A stretch of 64,000 nucleotides of DNA, from the IMG/VR virus record IMGVR_UViG_3300023084_000004, one strand, 5' to 3'. Under the pieces are notes generated by a model. The model was not told the DNA's origin. It saw only the letters and a list, made by a program, of their open reading frames with translations, and searched no databases. This DNA comes from a virus. Below are positions 49,028-57,882 of the stretch, piece by piece. Both the position numbers and the translations under genes were made by a program. Positions within the stretch are counted from its first letter, which is position 1, and the number at the start of each line of letters is the position of its first letter.

Positions 49028-50368
49028 TTACAAATTATCGCCGTTATTAAGACGATTTTCTAAATCATTTACCTTTCCTGTCAATTCTTTTATTGCTTCT
49101 AAAAGAAGAGGTACGATATTACTATATCTTACCGCTTTATATGTTTCATCTTCTTTTTGCACATCATATACTACTTCTGGTAAAACTTTTTCAATTTCTT
49201 GAGCAATTACACCTGGTAATTTTTGCTCTGGGTTGTCTTTATAGTTAAATGTGTAACCGTTAATTCGTTGTACTGTATCTAGCGCATTATTAATTGGTAC
49301 TATATTTTCTTTTAATCTTTGATCTGACAGTGTACCATTTGATGTAATATCGCCTACCGTTACGATATTTCCGTTTTCATAAATTCTTGCTTTTGCTGTG
49401 GAACCTTCATACCAAGCCACATCACCATAAAATATACTTAATTTTGAATTATCGCTTGAAGAACCACAAATTATTCCATTTTCTGATCTAACACCATTTG
49501 CACCGTTAACATAAAGATTTCCTTCTGTTACGAATCTTGTTCCGTCAATAAGTAAAACTTTTGTCCAAGCACTAGTTCCGCCAGGAGTTCCTCTACCTAT
49601 TTCAAGTTCTAATTGAGTTTCACTTAATAGACCTGTACCACTTGATGTGCATAACCAACGAGTACCAAGACCACTTGGATCAAATCCGTTTGTCGCAACT
49701 CCATCTTTAATTGTTACGCTTTCAAATTGTACATCATCTATAGTTTCAATATTACCGCCACTAGTGATGTTAATATTTTGTCCTGCTCCAAACGCTGCTC
49801 TCGCTCTATCATCTGTATAGAATAAGTTTGTTGTACCTTCTGTAAGATCGTCTGAACTTAATCCAGATCCACCACCACCAATTGACAAGCTTCCAACAGT
49901 TAAAGAACCTGTTACAACTGCGTCAGGAACTGTTAATGTACCGGCAGTTGATAGTTGAAACTTATTAGCACCTGTACCAGTATCGATAATGAAGTTTGCT
50001 GGATTGGAATTTTCCATACCAACATCCCAACTTACACTACCATTTGTAAATCTTACTTGTCCGCCTGATGCACCATAATTAAATATTGCTGTTGTTGCTG
50101 ATGAACCATTAACTTGAATTGGTGAATTAAATTGTATTGTTTGTCCACCAGTACGAGAGGCTATTGTGTCAGATGATAATAAAGTACTTGCAATTAAATT
50201 AGTTGCAGTAAAGTCACCAACAAGAGTAGCATCACCTGTTGTTTGGTCGCCTAATGCGGATGCAGTAATTGCATCTGTTCTAAAAATATCAACAAGATCG
50301 TTAGTCTTATCAAACCAGTTTTGAAAAGTTTGCGATGTTGTTATATTTGGTAATGCTGGTTTAGCCAT
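49028..50368 (-). CDS. Short fibre/spike with a C-terminal S74 chaperone
   Basis: TFQNWFDKTNDL anchor; LSDQRLKENI...GYTFNY...GVIAQEIE...YSNIVPLLLEAIKEL. Confidence 0.82.
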   Translation of the reverse strand: MAKPALPNITTSQTFQNWFDKTNDLVDIFRTDAITASALGDQTTGDATLVGDFTATNLIASTLLSSDTIASRTGGQTIQFNSPIQVNGSSATTAIFNYGASGGQVRFTNGSVSWDVGMENSNPANFIIDTGTGANKFQLSTAGTLTVPDAVVTGSLTVGSLSIGGGGSGLSSDDLTEGTTNLFYTDDRARAAFGAGQNINITSGGNIETIDDVQFESVTIKDGVATNGFDPSGLGTRWLCTSSGTGLLSETQLELEIGRGTPGGTSAWTKVLLIDGTRFVTEGNLYVNGANGVRSENGIICGSSSDNSKLSIFYGDVAWYEGSTAKARIYENGNIVTVGDITSNGTLSDQRLKENIVPINNALDTVQRINGYTFNYKDNPEQKLPGVIAQEIEKVLPEVVYDVQKEDETYKAVRYSNIVPLLLEAIKELTGKVNDLENRLNNGDNL

Positions 50369-50370
50369 CT

Positions 50371-50556
50371 CTATCTATTTTCCAATTTTTCTATTTTTTC
50401 GTAAATTGTAATAATGCTTCTTTTGATCTCTAGAATATCTTGCTGAAGCTTATCGACCTTTCTATAATAGCTTCTTTCTACTTTATATTTATTCAGAGCC
50501 TCGATATCGTTATTAACTATCGCGTTAGAATGTGGGTCTCGAACTAATTTAGTCAT
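50371..50556 (-). CDS. Small coiled-coil hypothetical protein
   Basis: LVRDPHSNAIVN then heptads; GGAG SD; tightly packed between neighbours. Confidence 0.65.
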   Translation of the reverse strand: MTKLVRDPHSNAIVNNDIEALNKYKVERSYYRKVDKLQQDILEIKRSIITIYEKIEKLENR

Positions 50557-50567
50557 AACAAAATCTC

Positions 50568-53500
50568 CTAGGTTAATGCAATACCGCGATAATCTCTTAA
50601 TGTTGGTGCATTATGCACATTAGGAGATAATAAATCTATTCTAATAGCAAATCTTCTGAATCCTGTCCAGTTGGTTGATGCGTCATTAGAATATGTTAAA
50701 ACTCCATTTCCATCTTTGTTATCATCAGATACTCTAAACTTAAACTCTCTATAATCATGCAGATTAGTATTACTTGAGAATACACCAACACCTTCAAACA
50801 ATTCGAGCTCAATCCAATCTACAGAATCAAAAGGCTCACTATCAAAAGAACTTTGTGGTCTAATATAAGCCTTAATATCAGATCCTGATGGACGATATCC
50901 TGTTACAATTAAGTGTAAATCTTCAGCATCAAGATCAGCAGCTAATTCAATAGATTTTGAAATATATTTAGAAGAAGTTGCTGCGTCATTTGTAATCTTA
51001 TATGCATAAGCTAATAGTTTTGATGTTTCAATATCTACAAATGGAGTTGATGTTACATTAGCATCATTTTCCATTTCAATTACGATATCAAAAGCTTTTG
51101 AACGATTTGGGTCGTTTGATTTACTATAAACAATTACACCTTTTTGACTAAAATGATTATTATCATTAAATGACATTGGCATACTATAAGTTACATTTAC
51201 ATCAGAAGGTGGAACAAAGGTTCCTCTTACTAATGTTCTTGATGTTGAATCAACAGCCTTATTAATAAGCGGTTGAATATAACTAAGATTAATATTATCG
51301 ATACTTACTACGTTTGCTTGTTTACCACTATCTAATCCTAATATATTTGCACCCGCCGCAAATACTGAACCAGATCTAACTGAGCTTTCTTCTAAATGCA
51401 TTTCATAAGGATTATTAATATTGTAGTATGAAAGTTTACCGATAACTACTGGTGTACCTGTTCCATTACTTACTGCAAAAGGTGCAGGTTTGTCAAGTGT
51501 AAGTGTCGTAGCATTTTCAATACTTACAATTTGGAAAATATCTGATTGAGTATTACCTGCATTCGCGATAAGAATATAATCTTCTTCAGCATACGTATCA
51601 TCAAGCGCAGTACCTGTCATCGTACTTGTATTAATAGGTACGTTAACGGTAGCACTTGTTGAACCTTGAAGTGATTTAGTTTGATAAATTGTTTCACCAG
51701 GAATAAATCTTCCAGTAATATTATCAACTGTTAAAAATTCATGATCGTTATTTGTCATTGTGACAGAACCAGTTGCAGTGTTGAAGTTATGTCTACGTAA
51801 AGTAAATTTCATATCTTCATCCTGGTATGACTTCCAAGCACTATTATTGGTAGAGCTGAATAATACCCCATCTCCCCAATCCTGTACAATGGCAGCCCCC
51901 TGAGTGACTCCTGGTGTCAAATCTGTGCCGCCTACCTTAGAAGTATATACTAAGTAGTTAGGATCTGATGCATCTGGTTGAACTACAATTGCATATTCTT
52001 TTTCAACATCAAGTCTTACAGGTGTATCAAACGCAAATGTAGTTGCGATCGAAGCATCGTCAGATACTGAGTTTGTTAAATCAGTTGGTAATTTGTGTAC
52101 AACTGAGAATGGAACGATTTGATTTGAAGGATAACCATTTACAACTTCTCTTACCTGTAATGACACACCATTAGTATCACTTACACGTTTGAAGTATACA
52201 TCAACCTCTGATAAGTAAACAGAGTTTGAACCTTGTCCCATACCTTTCTTAATAAAGAATGTTTGAGCAATTGGGTCACGACCTCTTGGTCTTCTTGCAA
52301 CGTTTCTTGTAGTTGTCGTTGTATTAACATCAAATTCTGGTTGACGAGTTGATGTTGTTAAACTTGTTTTTTCAACGCTAAAGTTGTATGCTCTATAAGT
52401 AACAAACCCTCTTGATGTTGAACCACTTTCAATACTATTATATAAATTAACATCAGCAATTTCTAATACTCTGTCACCAACAAAGAATGTTTCTGGTGGT
52501 AAAGCAAATACTGCTCTTAATACACCATTTGCATCTGTTGTAACAGCGTCACCTTTAGAACCATTACGTTTAATTGATCCTGCAGTATTATCAGGTGAAC
52601 CTGGAATTACGTGAGCATTAACGTCAACACCATCAAAGAAGAAATAATGTCGTACATTTGGACGTAAGCCAGACATATAAACTTTAATGTCACGGCCGGC
52701 CATGTATGGTTTGAAACTAAAATTAGAAACAAAGTCTCCAACAAATTGTTCTTGTGTTGAACCTTGTGATACACTAATTTCGCTTGTTCGAGTTGTTATA
52801 GTCGTAACTTCTGTTCCGCTACGACCGCGACCACCCATACGTCTTCCCCAACTCCAAGCATCTTCTCTAAATTCAGTTGTTTGAGTTGTGTCAGTGAGTG
52901 GTAAAAATTCTTGAATGTTATCAACAAATTCCTCGAAAGCTGTTGACATATCAATGTCAATAGTAACTGGATTTGTTGTTGTATCGTATGCAGCATCATA
53001 AGGTGGAGAAATAACTCCATCACCTTGATATTTGTAGAAGTTACTTACTGCATTACGGAAACCTGAAGCATAAGGTTGATTAATGATTTCAACATTTGCA
53101 TTACGACCGAGTGTTCCAACTTTAGCATCTGATGTTGTTGGGAAGATCGAAGCTCCAGTACTTGTTTTATATTTAAGATCCATAGAATAAGTTTTAACTG
53201 CAGGTGTTAAAATCTTTTGATTAAATGGAACAGCTGCATTAAAAGATGGATCTTGAATATTTGCTAATGAGAGATCATTAAATGGATCAACTACAAAACC
53301 GTTTTTAAATCTGTTTAAACCATTTTCATCTAAAACATTTAGATTTTGTGTTTCTGATTCTAATTGGTTTAATGAAATATAATAAGCCATGTTATCAATC
53401 TTCTTCTCTAAAGAATGAAGATCTTTCATGGTATAATTTTTAATTCCTGTAGAACGTGCTTTAATCGCGTATTCTCTTTTCTTCGCAGTATTAGCAGCTG

Positions 53501-55940
53501 CAGAACTGAGTGCAGGGAAACCAGGAATATTAACTTCAGCAACAACAAGTTTATCTGTTTCTACTCTAGGAGGTGAAGGCTCTTTAGCTTCTTTACCTTT
53601 TATTAAACTTATTTCTCCATAAGAATCACATACGATTGCATCGATTCTTGACAAATAATATTCAATATCTGTTGTTGCACTTGCTGCTGAGGCAGGCACT
53701 AATGGAGAACCTAGATCTGAAAAACTAATTGGATATGCACCAACTGCGGTTGTTACCGTACCAGCAGAAGCTGGAGTAGTATCGTTATAATCTACTACAG
53801 AATCTTTATTGATATATGCTCTAAAGTCAAAGCATTCTCTTAGATTAAATCTATTACCTACAGAAGAAGTATATACTGGAATATCATATTTGTCTAATGA
53901 GTTAGGATAACTGTTTATTGTAAAATAAAATTCTCCAGAAGATGTGCTTACTTGGAAAACTTTTAATTTAATAGTTAAAACTCCATTTGCAGGAAGTGGT
54001 CTTCCTTGGATATATTCCATATATGAAATATCATAGTAAGTATCTTTCTGATTATTTTTAAGTACAAAACTGTTTGTATAATCATCACCGCTTGCATCTT
54101 CTATACTTGTAATAGCAAATACATCAGGAAAACCTAAACTGTATTTAGTTGTCGAACTTGTAAAGTTAACTTTAACGTATGGTTCTGCAACTGTTTTATT
54201 ATAGGGATCAACACCTGCAATCGAACCAATTAATCTTTTATTATAGAATAATGTAACGTTTGTTGCTGAACTTGCAGCAGGATCTAAATTAATTGTGAGT
54301 TGACTATTATTAAGTGCAAGTGAAGTACTTAAAACTGGAATTACTGTATTTGTATTATCAACAACAAGAATATCATTTTGGTGAACATCAAAATCTTCAC
54401 CAGGATTTGCTGTAAGTGTTATAACATTACCTGTTTGTGTTGCCGCAATTTGATCTCTTACTGGAATCAATGTATCTGTTGTTCCAAATACACTTCTCAT
54501 ACCAGTATTAAAGAGTAAAGATTTTCTACCTGCTTCTCTTATTCTTGGATCAACTTCAATATAACCAGAGCCATCGCTGAGTCTTGCAATATTTGATATT
54601 GTATTTGATCCTGTTAAAGTAACTGCTGTTAAATAAACTCTTGTAGGTGTAACGTTAATTGCAATAGCGGTACCAATATTACTTCCACCACTATTTTGCA
54701 CATTAACAGGTGTCCAATCAATATCTACTGTTCCATTAATAGAAACAACTGAAAGATAATTTCCATAATCAAATGAAACTGATTGAGCATTTTGAGTTTC
54801 TGTTGAACTAATCTGATCAATTGTAAATGAACGTTCACCAGAATTTTCTACTCTATAACCTTTTACGTATGCTGTACCTGTTCCTAATAAAACATTTACA
54901 TTACCATCTCTATCATCTGTAGATAATGGAAATTGTTTTAAAACGTAGTTACCTGATTCTTCGTAAGTGCGTCTAGCAAGTTCTTCACCTAATACATTAT
55001 ATTGAGAAACGTCTCTTAAAGTAATAGCGTTTCCGTTTTGGTAACGAATAAGTGTAAAGAAATCAGCGTCAACATCGGCATCTGCTGTATCTAAAACAAC
55101 AAGATTTGGAATTAGTTTTAATCTATCAGCACCAGGCGCATTTTCGTTACTTGAACCGTTTGCATTATCATATAAACTATTATCTTGTAACGCATTAGTA
55201 GTTGATTCTGTTACTGAATAACCTACAGATACTGCATCAGGCGTATTATTATATTTGGATACAACTAATATTTGATCTTGAGCAAATAAGAAATGACCTT
55301 TTTGGAAAATAACACCAGGAGCGGATTGAATACCAAAAGATCTTCCTACATGATTTGCAAGAGATGTTACAGCTAAACCTGGAATGCTTTGTGTTTCTGA
55401 AGCAAATACGGTATTTGTAACACCAACTTTATATTTGTAAAGTGTGACGGTTAATGGCTCACCAGCTCTAAATTCTGTATCTGATGTAGCTGAATTAACA
55501 GGTGTTAAATAATTAATATAAAAAGTATTTAGATCTGGTGGTCTTGTTTCAAAACCTCTTGAAGCAGAAATAATTTGAGCTCTTAATCCAGAGTTTGCAC
55601 CAGTAACTTCGTAAACATAATCAAGTTCTAATTCTTGACCGAGAATAGTTTCTGTAACTCTTCTGCTAATATAAGACGTTGGATCGAACCCTGTAACGTC
55701 AATAAGTTTTACGAATCTAAGATCATCAAGATTTGTAAAAGAACAACCTTTAACAATACTACCTTCTTTAAAGATATTATCGCCAAATTGCTCCACTTGA
55801 TTTTGGAGCATTGATTGTAATTGTGTTAATTCCCTTGCCTGTACAGCAAACCCAGGTTTAAAGAGCACACGATAGTATTGATTCTCGAGATCAAAATCGT
55901 CGAAATATGGTGATTGGTTTAGGTTTGTGTTAATAGGCAT
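50568..55940 (-). CDS. DUF4815/VrlC-like large virion structural protein
   Basis: PYFDDF...YYRVLFKPGFAVQARELTQLQSMLQNQ, APGADRLK, ELARRTYEESGNY, NRFKNGFVVDPF, DPIAQTFF. Confidence 0.85.
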   Translation of the reverse strand: MPINTNLNQSPYFDDFDLENQYYRVLFKPGFAVQARELTQLQSMLQNQVEQFGDNIFKEGSIVKGCSFTNLDDLRFVKLIDVTGFDPTSYISRRVTETILGQELELDYVYEVTGANSGLRAQIISASRGFETRPPDLNTFYINYLTPVNSATSDTEFRAGEPLTVTLYKYKVGVTNTVFASETQSIPGLAVTSLANHVGRSFGIQSAPGVIFQKGHFLFAQDQILVVSKYNNTPDAVSVGYSVTESTTNALQDNSLYDNANGSSNENAPGADRLKLIPNLVVLDTADADVDADFFTLIRYQNGNAITLRDVSQYNVLGEELARRTYEESGNYVLKQFPLSTDDRDGNVNVLLGTGTAYVKGYRVENSGERSFTIDQISSTETQNAQSVSFDYGNYLSVVSINGTVDIDWTPVNVQNSGGSNIGTAIAINVTPTRVYLTAVTLTGSNTISNIARLSDGSGYIEVDPRIREAGRKSLLFNTGMRSVFGTTDTLIPVRDQIAATQTGNVITLTANPGEDFDVHQNDILVVDNTNTVIPVLSTSLALNNSQLTINLDPAASSATNVTLFYNKRLIGSIAGVDPYNKTVAEPYVKVNFTSSTTKYSLGFPDVFAITSIEDASGDDYTNSFVLKNNQKDTYYDISYMEYIQGRPLPANGVLTIKLKVFQVSTSSGEFYFTINSYPNSLDKYDIPVYTSSVGNRFNLRECFDFRAYINKDSVVDYNDTTPASAGTVTTAVGAYPISFSDLGSPLVPASAASATTDIEYYLSRIDAIVCDSYGEISLIKGKEAKEPSPPRVETDKLVVAEVNIPGFPALSSAAANTAKKREYAIKARSTGIKNYTMKDLHSLEKKIDNMAYYISLNQLESETQNLNVLDENGLNRFKNGFVVDPFNDLSLANIQDPSFNAAVPFNQKILTPAVKTYSMDLKYKTSTGASIFPTTSDAKVGTLGRNANVEIINQPYASGFRNAVSNFYKYQGDGVISPPYDAAYDTTTNPVTIDIDMSTAFEEFVDNIQEFLPLTDTTQTTEFREDAWSWGRRMGGRGRSGTEVTTITTRTSEISVSQGSTQEQFVGDFVSNFSFKPYMAGRDIKVYMSGLRPNVRHYFFFDGVDVNAHVIPGSPDNTAGSIKRNGSKGDAVTTDANGVLRAVFALPPETFFVGDRVLEIADVNLYNSIESGSTSRGFVTYRAYNFSVEKTSLTTSTRQPEFDVNTTTTTRNVARRPRGRDPIAQTFFIKKGMGQGSNSVYLSEVDVYFKRVSDTNGVSLQVREVVNGYPSNQIVPFSVVHKLPTDLTNSVSDDASIATTFAFDTPVRLDVEKEYAIVVQPDASDPNYLVYTSKVGGTDLTPGVTQGAAIVQDWGDGVLFSSTNNSAWKSYQDEDMKFTLRRHNFNTATGSVTMTNNDHEFLTVDNITGRFIPGETIYQTKSLQGSTSATVNVPINTSTMTGTALDDTYAEEDYILIANAGNTQSDIFQIVSIENATTLTLDKPAPFAVSNGTGTPVVIGKLSYYNINNPYEMHLEESSVRSGSVFAAGANILGLDSGKQANVVSIDNINLSYIQPLINKAVDSTSRTLVRGTFVPPSDVNVTYSMPMSFNDNNHFSQKGVIVYSKSNDPNRSKAFDIVIEMENDANVTSTPFVDIETSKLLAYAYKITNDAATSSKYISKSIELAADLDAEDLHLIVTGYRPSGSDIKAYIRPQSSFDSEPFDSVDWIELELFEGVGVFSSNTNLHDYREFKFRVSDDNKDGNGVLTYSNDASTNWTGFRRFAIRIDLLSPNVHNAPTLRDYRGIALT

Positions 55941-55955
55941 ATCGTATTACTTTCC

Positions 55956-57830
55956 TTAAAATTCCAATACAAACTTAAATTCTTCTCTTGATAGGTCTGT
56001 TCTTGCTAATGGGAAGAAATCTTCCATGAAATAAACCTCACCTGTTCTTTGAACATAGTTTGAAAATACAACATTAGATGCTACTGGACTATTTATAGTA
56101 ATTGTTTGACCTGTATCGTTTCTAAGTTGTAATGTTAAATCTAAAGAGGTATCTCCATTTCCTGAGTCTGGATTACTTTCATAAGGACCCATATATTCTG
56201 CTAAATAAGCCGTATTCGCGCTTTCATCTACTTCATGAACTTTAGCAGAAAAAACTACTTCATTATCAGAATTTAATTGAGTTACTGTTGTATTTGCGGT
56301 TAATCTATCTATATCGTCTGTTGTGATGGCAATTCTATTATCAAAAATTGTTGGTGTTGATGTATGAAAACTTGGTGATCTTACAATTCCAACACCTGTA
56401 TAAGTATTTGTATCTCCAATTCTAGTATTATCATCGGCAGAAATATAAGCATAAAAACTAAAATGCTTACATCTAAATTCTTCTAATACGTTATATGTAT
56501 GTCCACCATCTGGTGATAAACGAGGTCTTATGACTGCTCTTACGTCAGTAGTTGTTGTATCTTCAGGATCAAAATCATAAGCTGGATCAACAACTTCTGC
56601 TGTAATATTATCATAACCACTACCTTGATTTAATACAGTGATTGAAGTGATTTGTCCATTTTGAATTTGTGGAATACCAACTGCTCCTCTTCCATTTCCT
56701 TTAATATCTACTCTTGGGAAAATACTAAATGAAGCATTTCCAACAACACCTGAAGCAACTGCATCTCTTTCTGTTATATATGTTCCACCACTAGAATATG
56801 CAGTAAATCCAGTACCGTCTACATTTGTACTTAATCCTCTATCTGCCTTTAAGGCAAATGTATCTGCAGATAAAACTTGTACGTAATAGTTATTTCCATT
56901 TAATTCTGTCATTCCTACGACATTACTAAATGTAATTGATTGGCCATTTACAAACCCGTGTTCTACTGAAGTACATACAACTGGATTTGCTTGAGTTGCA
57001 AAAGTTATTGCACCTCGTGTTTTACCATAAATTTTTTCATTACCTACTCGTATTTCAGCGTTACCAGTATTTTGATTATAAAAATAATATTGTATTTCAA
57101 ATAAATTTGCAACGCCATTTGGATTTACTGTGTAAATATTTTGTCCAACGTAATAACCTGTAATAGGACTCCAAGTTGAAAAAGGATCTACTAACATAGT
57201 GCCATCATAAAATGGAGATGAAATTAATCCACCCGTTTCTTTAACATATCCAGAATTGTCTAATGGATTAGTAACAACAATATCAGATAATTTTGATCCT
57301 TGACCTAAAGTTGGATTAGTATTAAAAGTTCCAATAATTGGTACATAACCTAAAGCATTATAAGCTTCGAATTGTAATTCACTAATAACATACATATATT
57401 TCCATACGTACCCATCAGCTGTTTCATAAACTTGGTTTGTAGTTGTTGGATTATAATTAGGAGGTGATGTTACTGTTGCGCCATTATTATTATTCAAACA
57501 TTTATAAACGCGATAATCACCAGTTTCATTATCGTTAGGTCCAACAACAGCATAGAATTTTTGATCTGTTAAATCTACTGTATCATCATATTCAACATAC
57601 ACTTGACCAACCTGCCAAGGATGATATCTAATCATAAAATGAATATCATTGATTTCAACTTTTTTGCCAAACAAAGTTCTTTCTAAAAATTCATTTTTAG
57701 AAAATTTAGAATCTACTGGATCGAAAGAATCGATAGCGGAAACAAACAAGAAATAATCATTGTTATTAATATCATCAATGAATAATCTTGTGATATCCGT
57801 TTTAAAATTGTTAGATAATACTTCTGGCAT
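55956..57830 (-). CDS. gp8: Baseplate wedge subunit gp8 with an internal beta-sandwich insertion
   Basis: YRVYKCLNNNNG, TADGYVWKYMY, C-terminal GEVYFMEDFFPLAR...EEFKFVLEF. Confidence 0.88.
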   Translation of the reverse strand: MPEVLSNNFKTDITRLFIDDINNNDYFLFVSAIDSFDPVDSKFSKNEFLERTLFGKKVEINDIHFMIRYHPWQVGQVYVEYDDTVDLTDQKFYAVVGPNDNETGDYRVYKCLNNNNGATVTSPPNYNPTTTNQVYETADGYVWKYMYVISELQFEAYNALGYVPIIGTFNTNPTLGQGSKLSDIVVTNPLDNSGYVKETGGLISSPFYDGTMLVDPFSTWSPITGYYVGQNIYTVNPNGVANLFEIQYYFYNQNTGNAEIRVGNEKIYGKTRGAITFATQANPVVCTSVEHGFVNGQSITFSNVVGMTELNGNNYYVQVLSADTFALKADRGLSTNVDGTGFTAYSSGGTYITERDAVASGVVGNASFSIFPRVDIKGNGRGAVGIPQIQNGQITSITVLNQGSGYDNITAEVVDPAYDFDPEDTTTTDVRAVIRPRLSPDGGHTYNVLEEFRCKHFSFYAYISADDNTRIGDTNTYTGVGIVRSPSFHTSTPTIFDNRIAITTDDIDRLTANTTVTQLNSDNEVVFSAKVHEVDESANTAYLAEYMGPYESNPDSGNGDTSLDLTLQLRNDTGQTITINSPVASNVVFSNYVQRTGEVYFMEDFFPLARTDLSREEFKFVLEF

Positions 57831-57866
57831 TTTATAAGCTCATTGAAAAAATTTGATTGTTAGTTT

Positions 57867-57874
57867 TATTTATC
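57867..57874 (-). promoter_or_regulatory. Possible late promoter GATAAATA
   Basis: ATAAATA core upstream of gp8. Confidence 0.45.
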
Positions 57875-57882
57875 TTCATTCT

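Noticed and set aside
15589-50368. Diversity-generating retroelement or shufflon acting on the fibres
   Set aside because: No reverse transcriptase or recombinase in the window. I saw no adenine-specific TR/VR pair and no inverted cassettes. A partner outside the window cannot be excluded.
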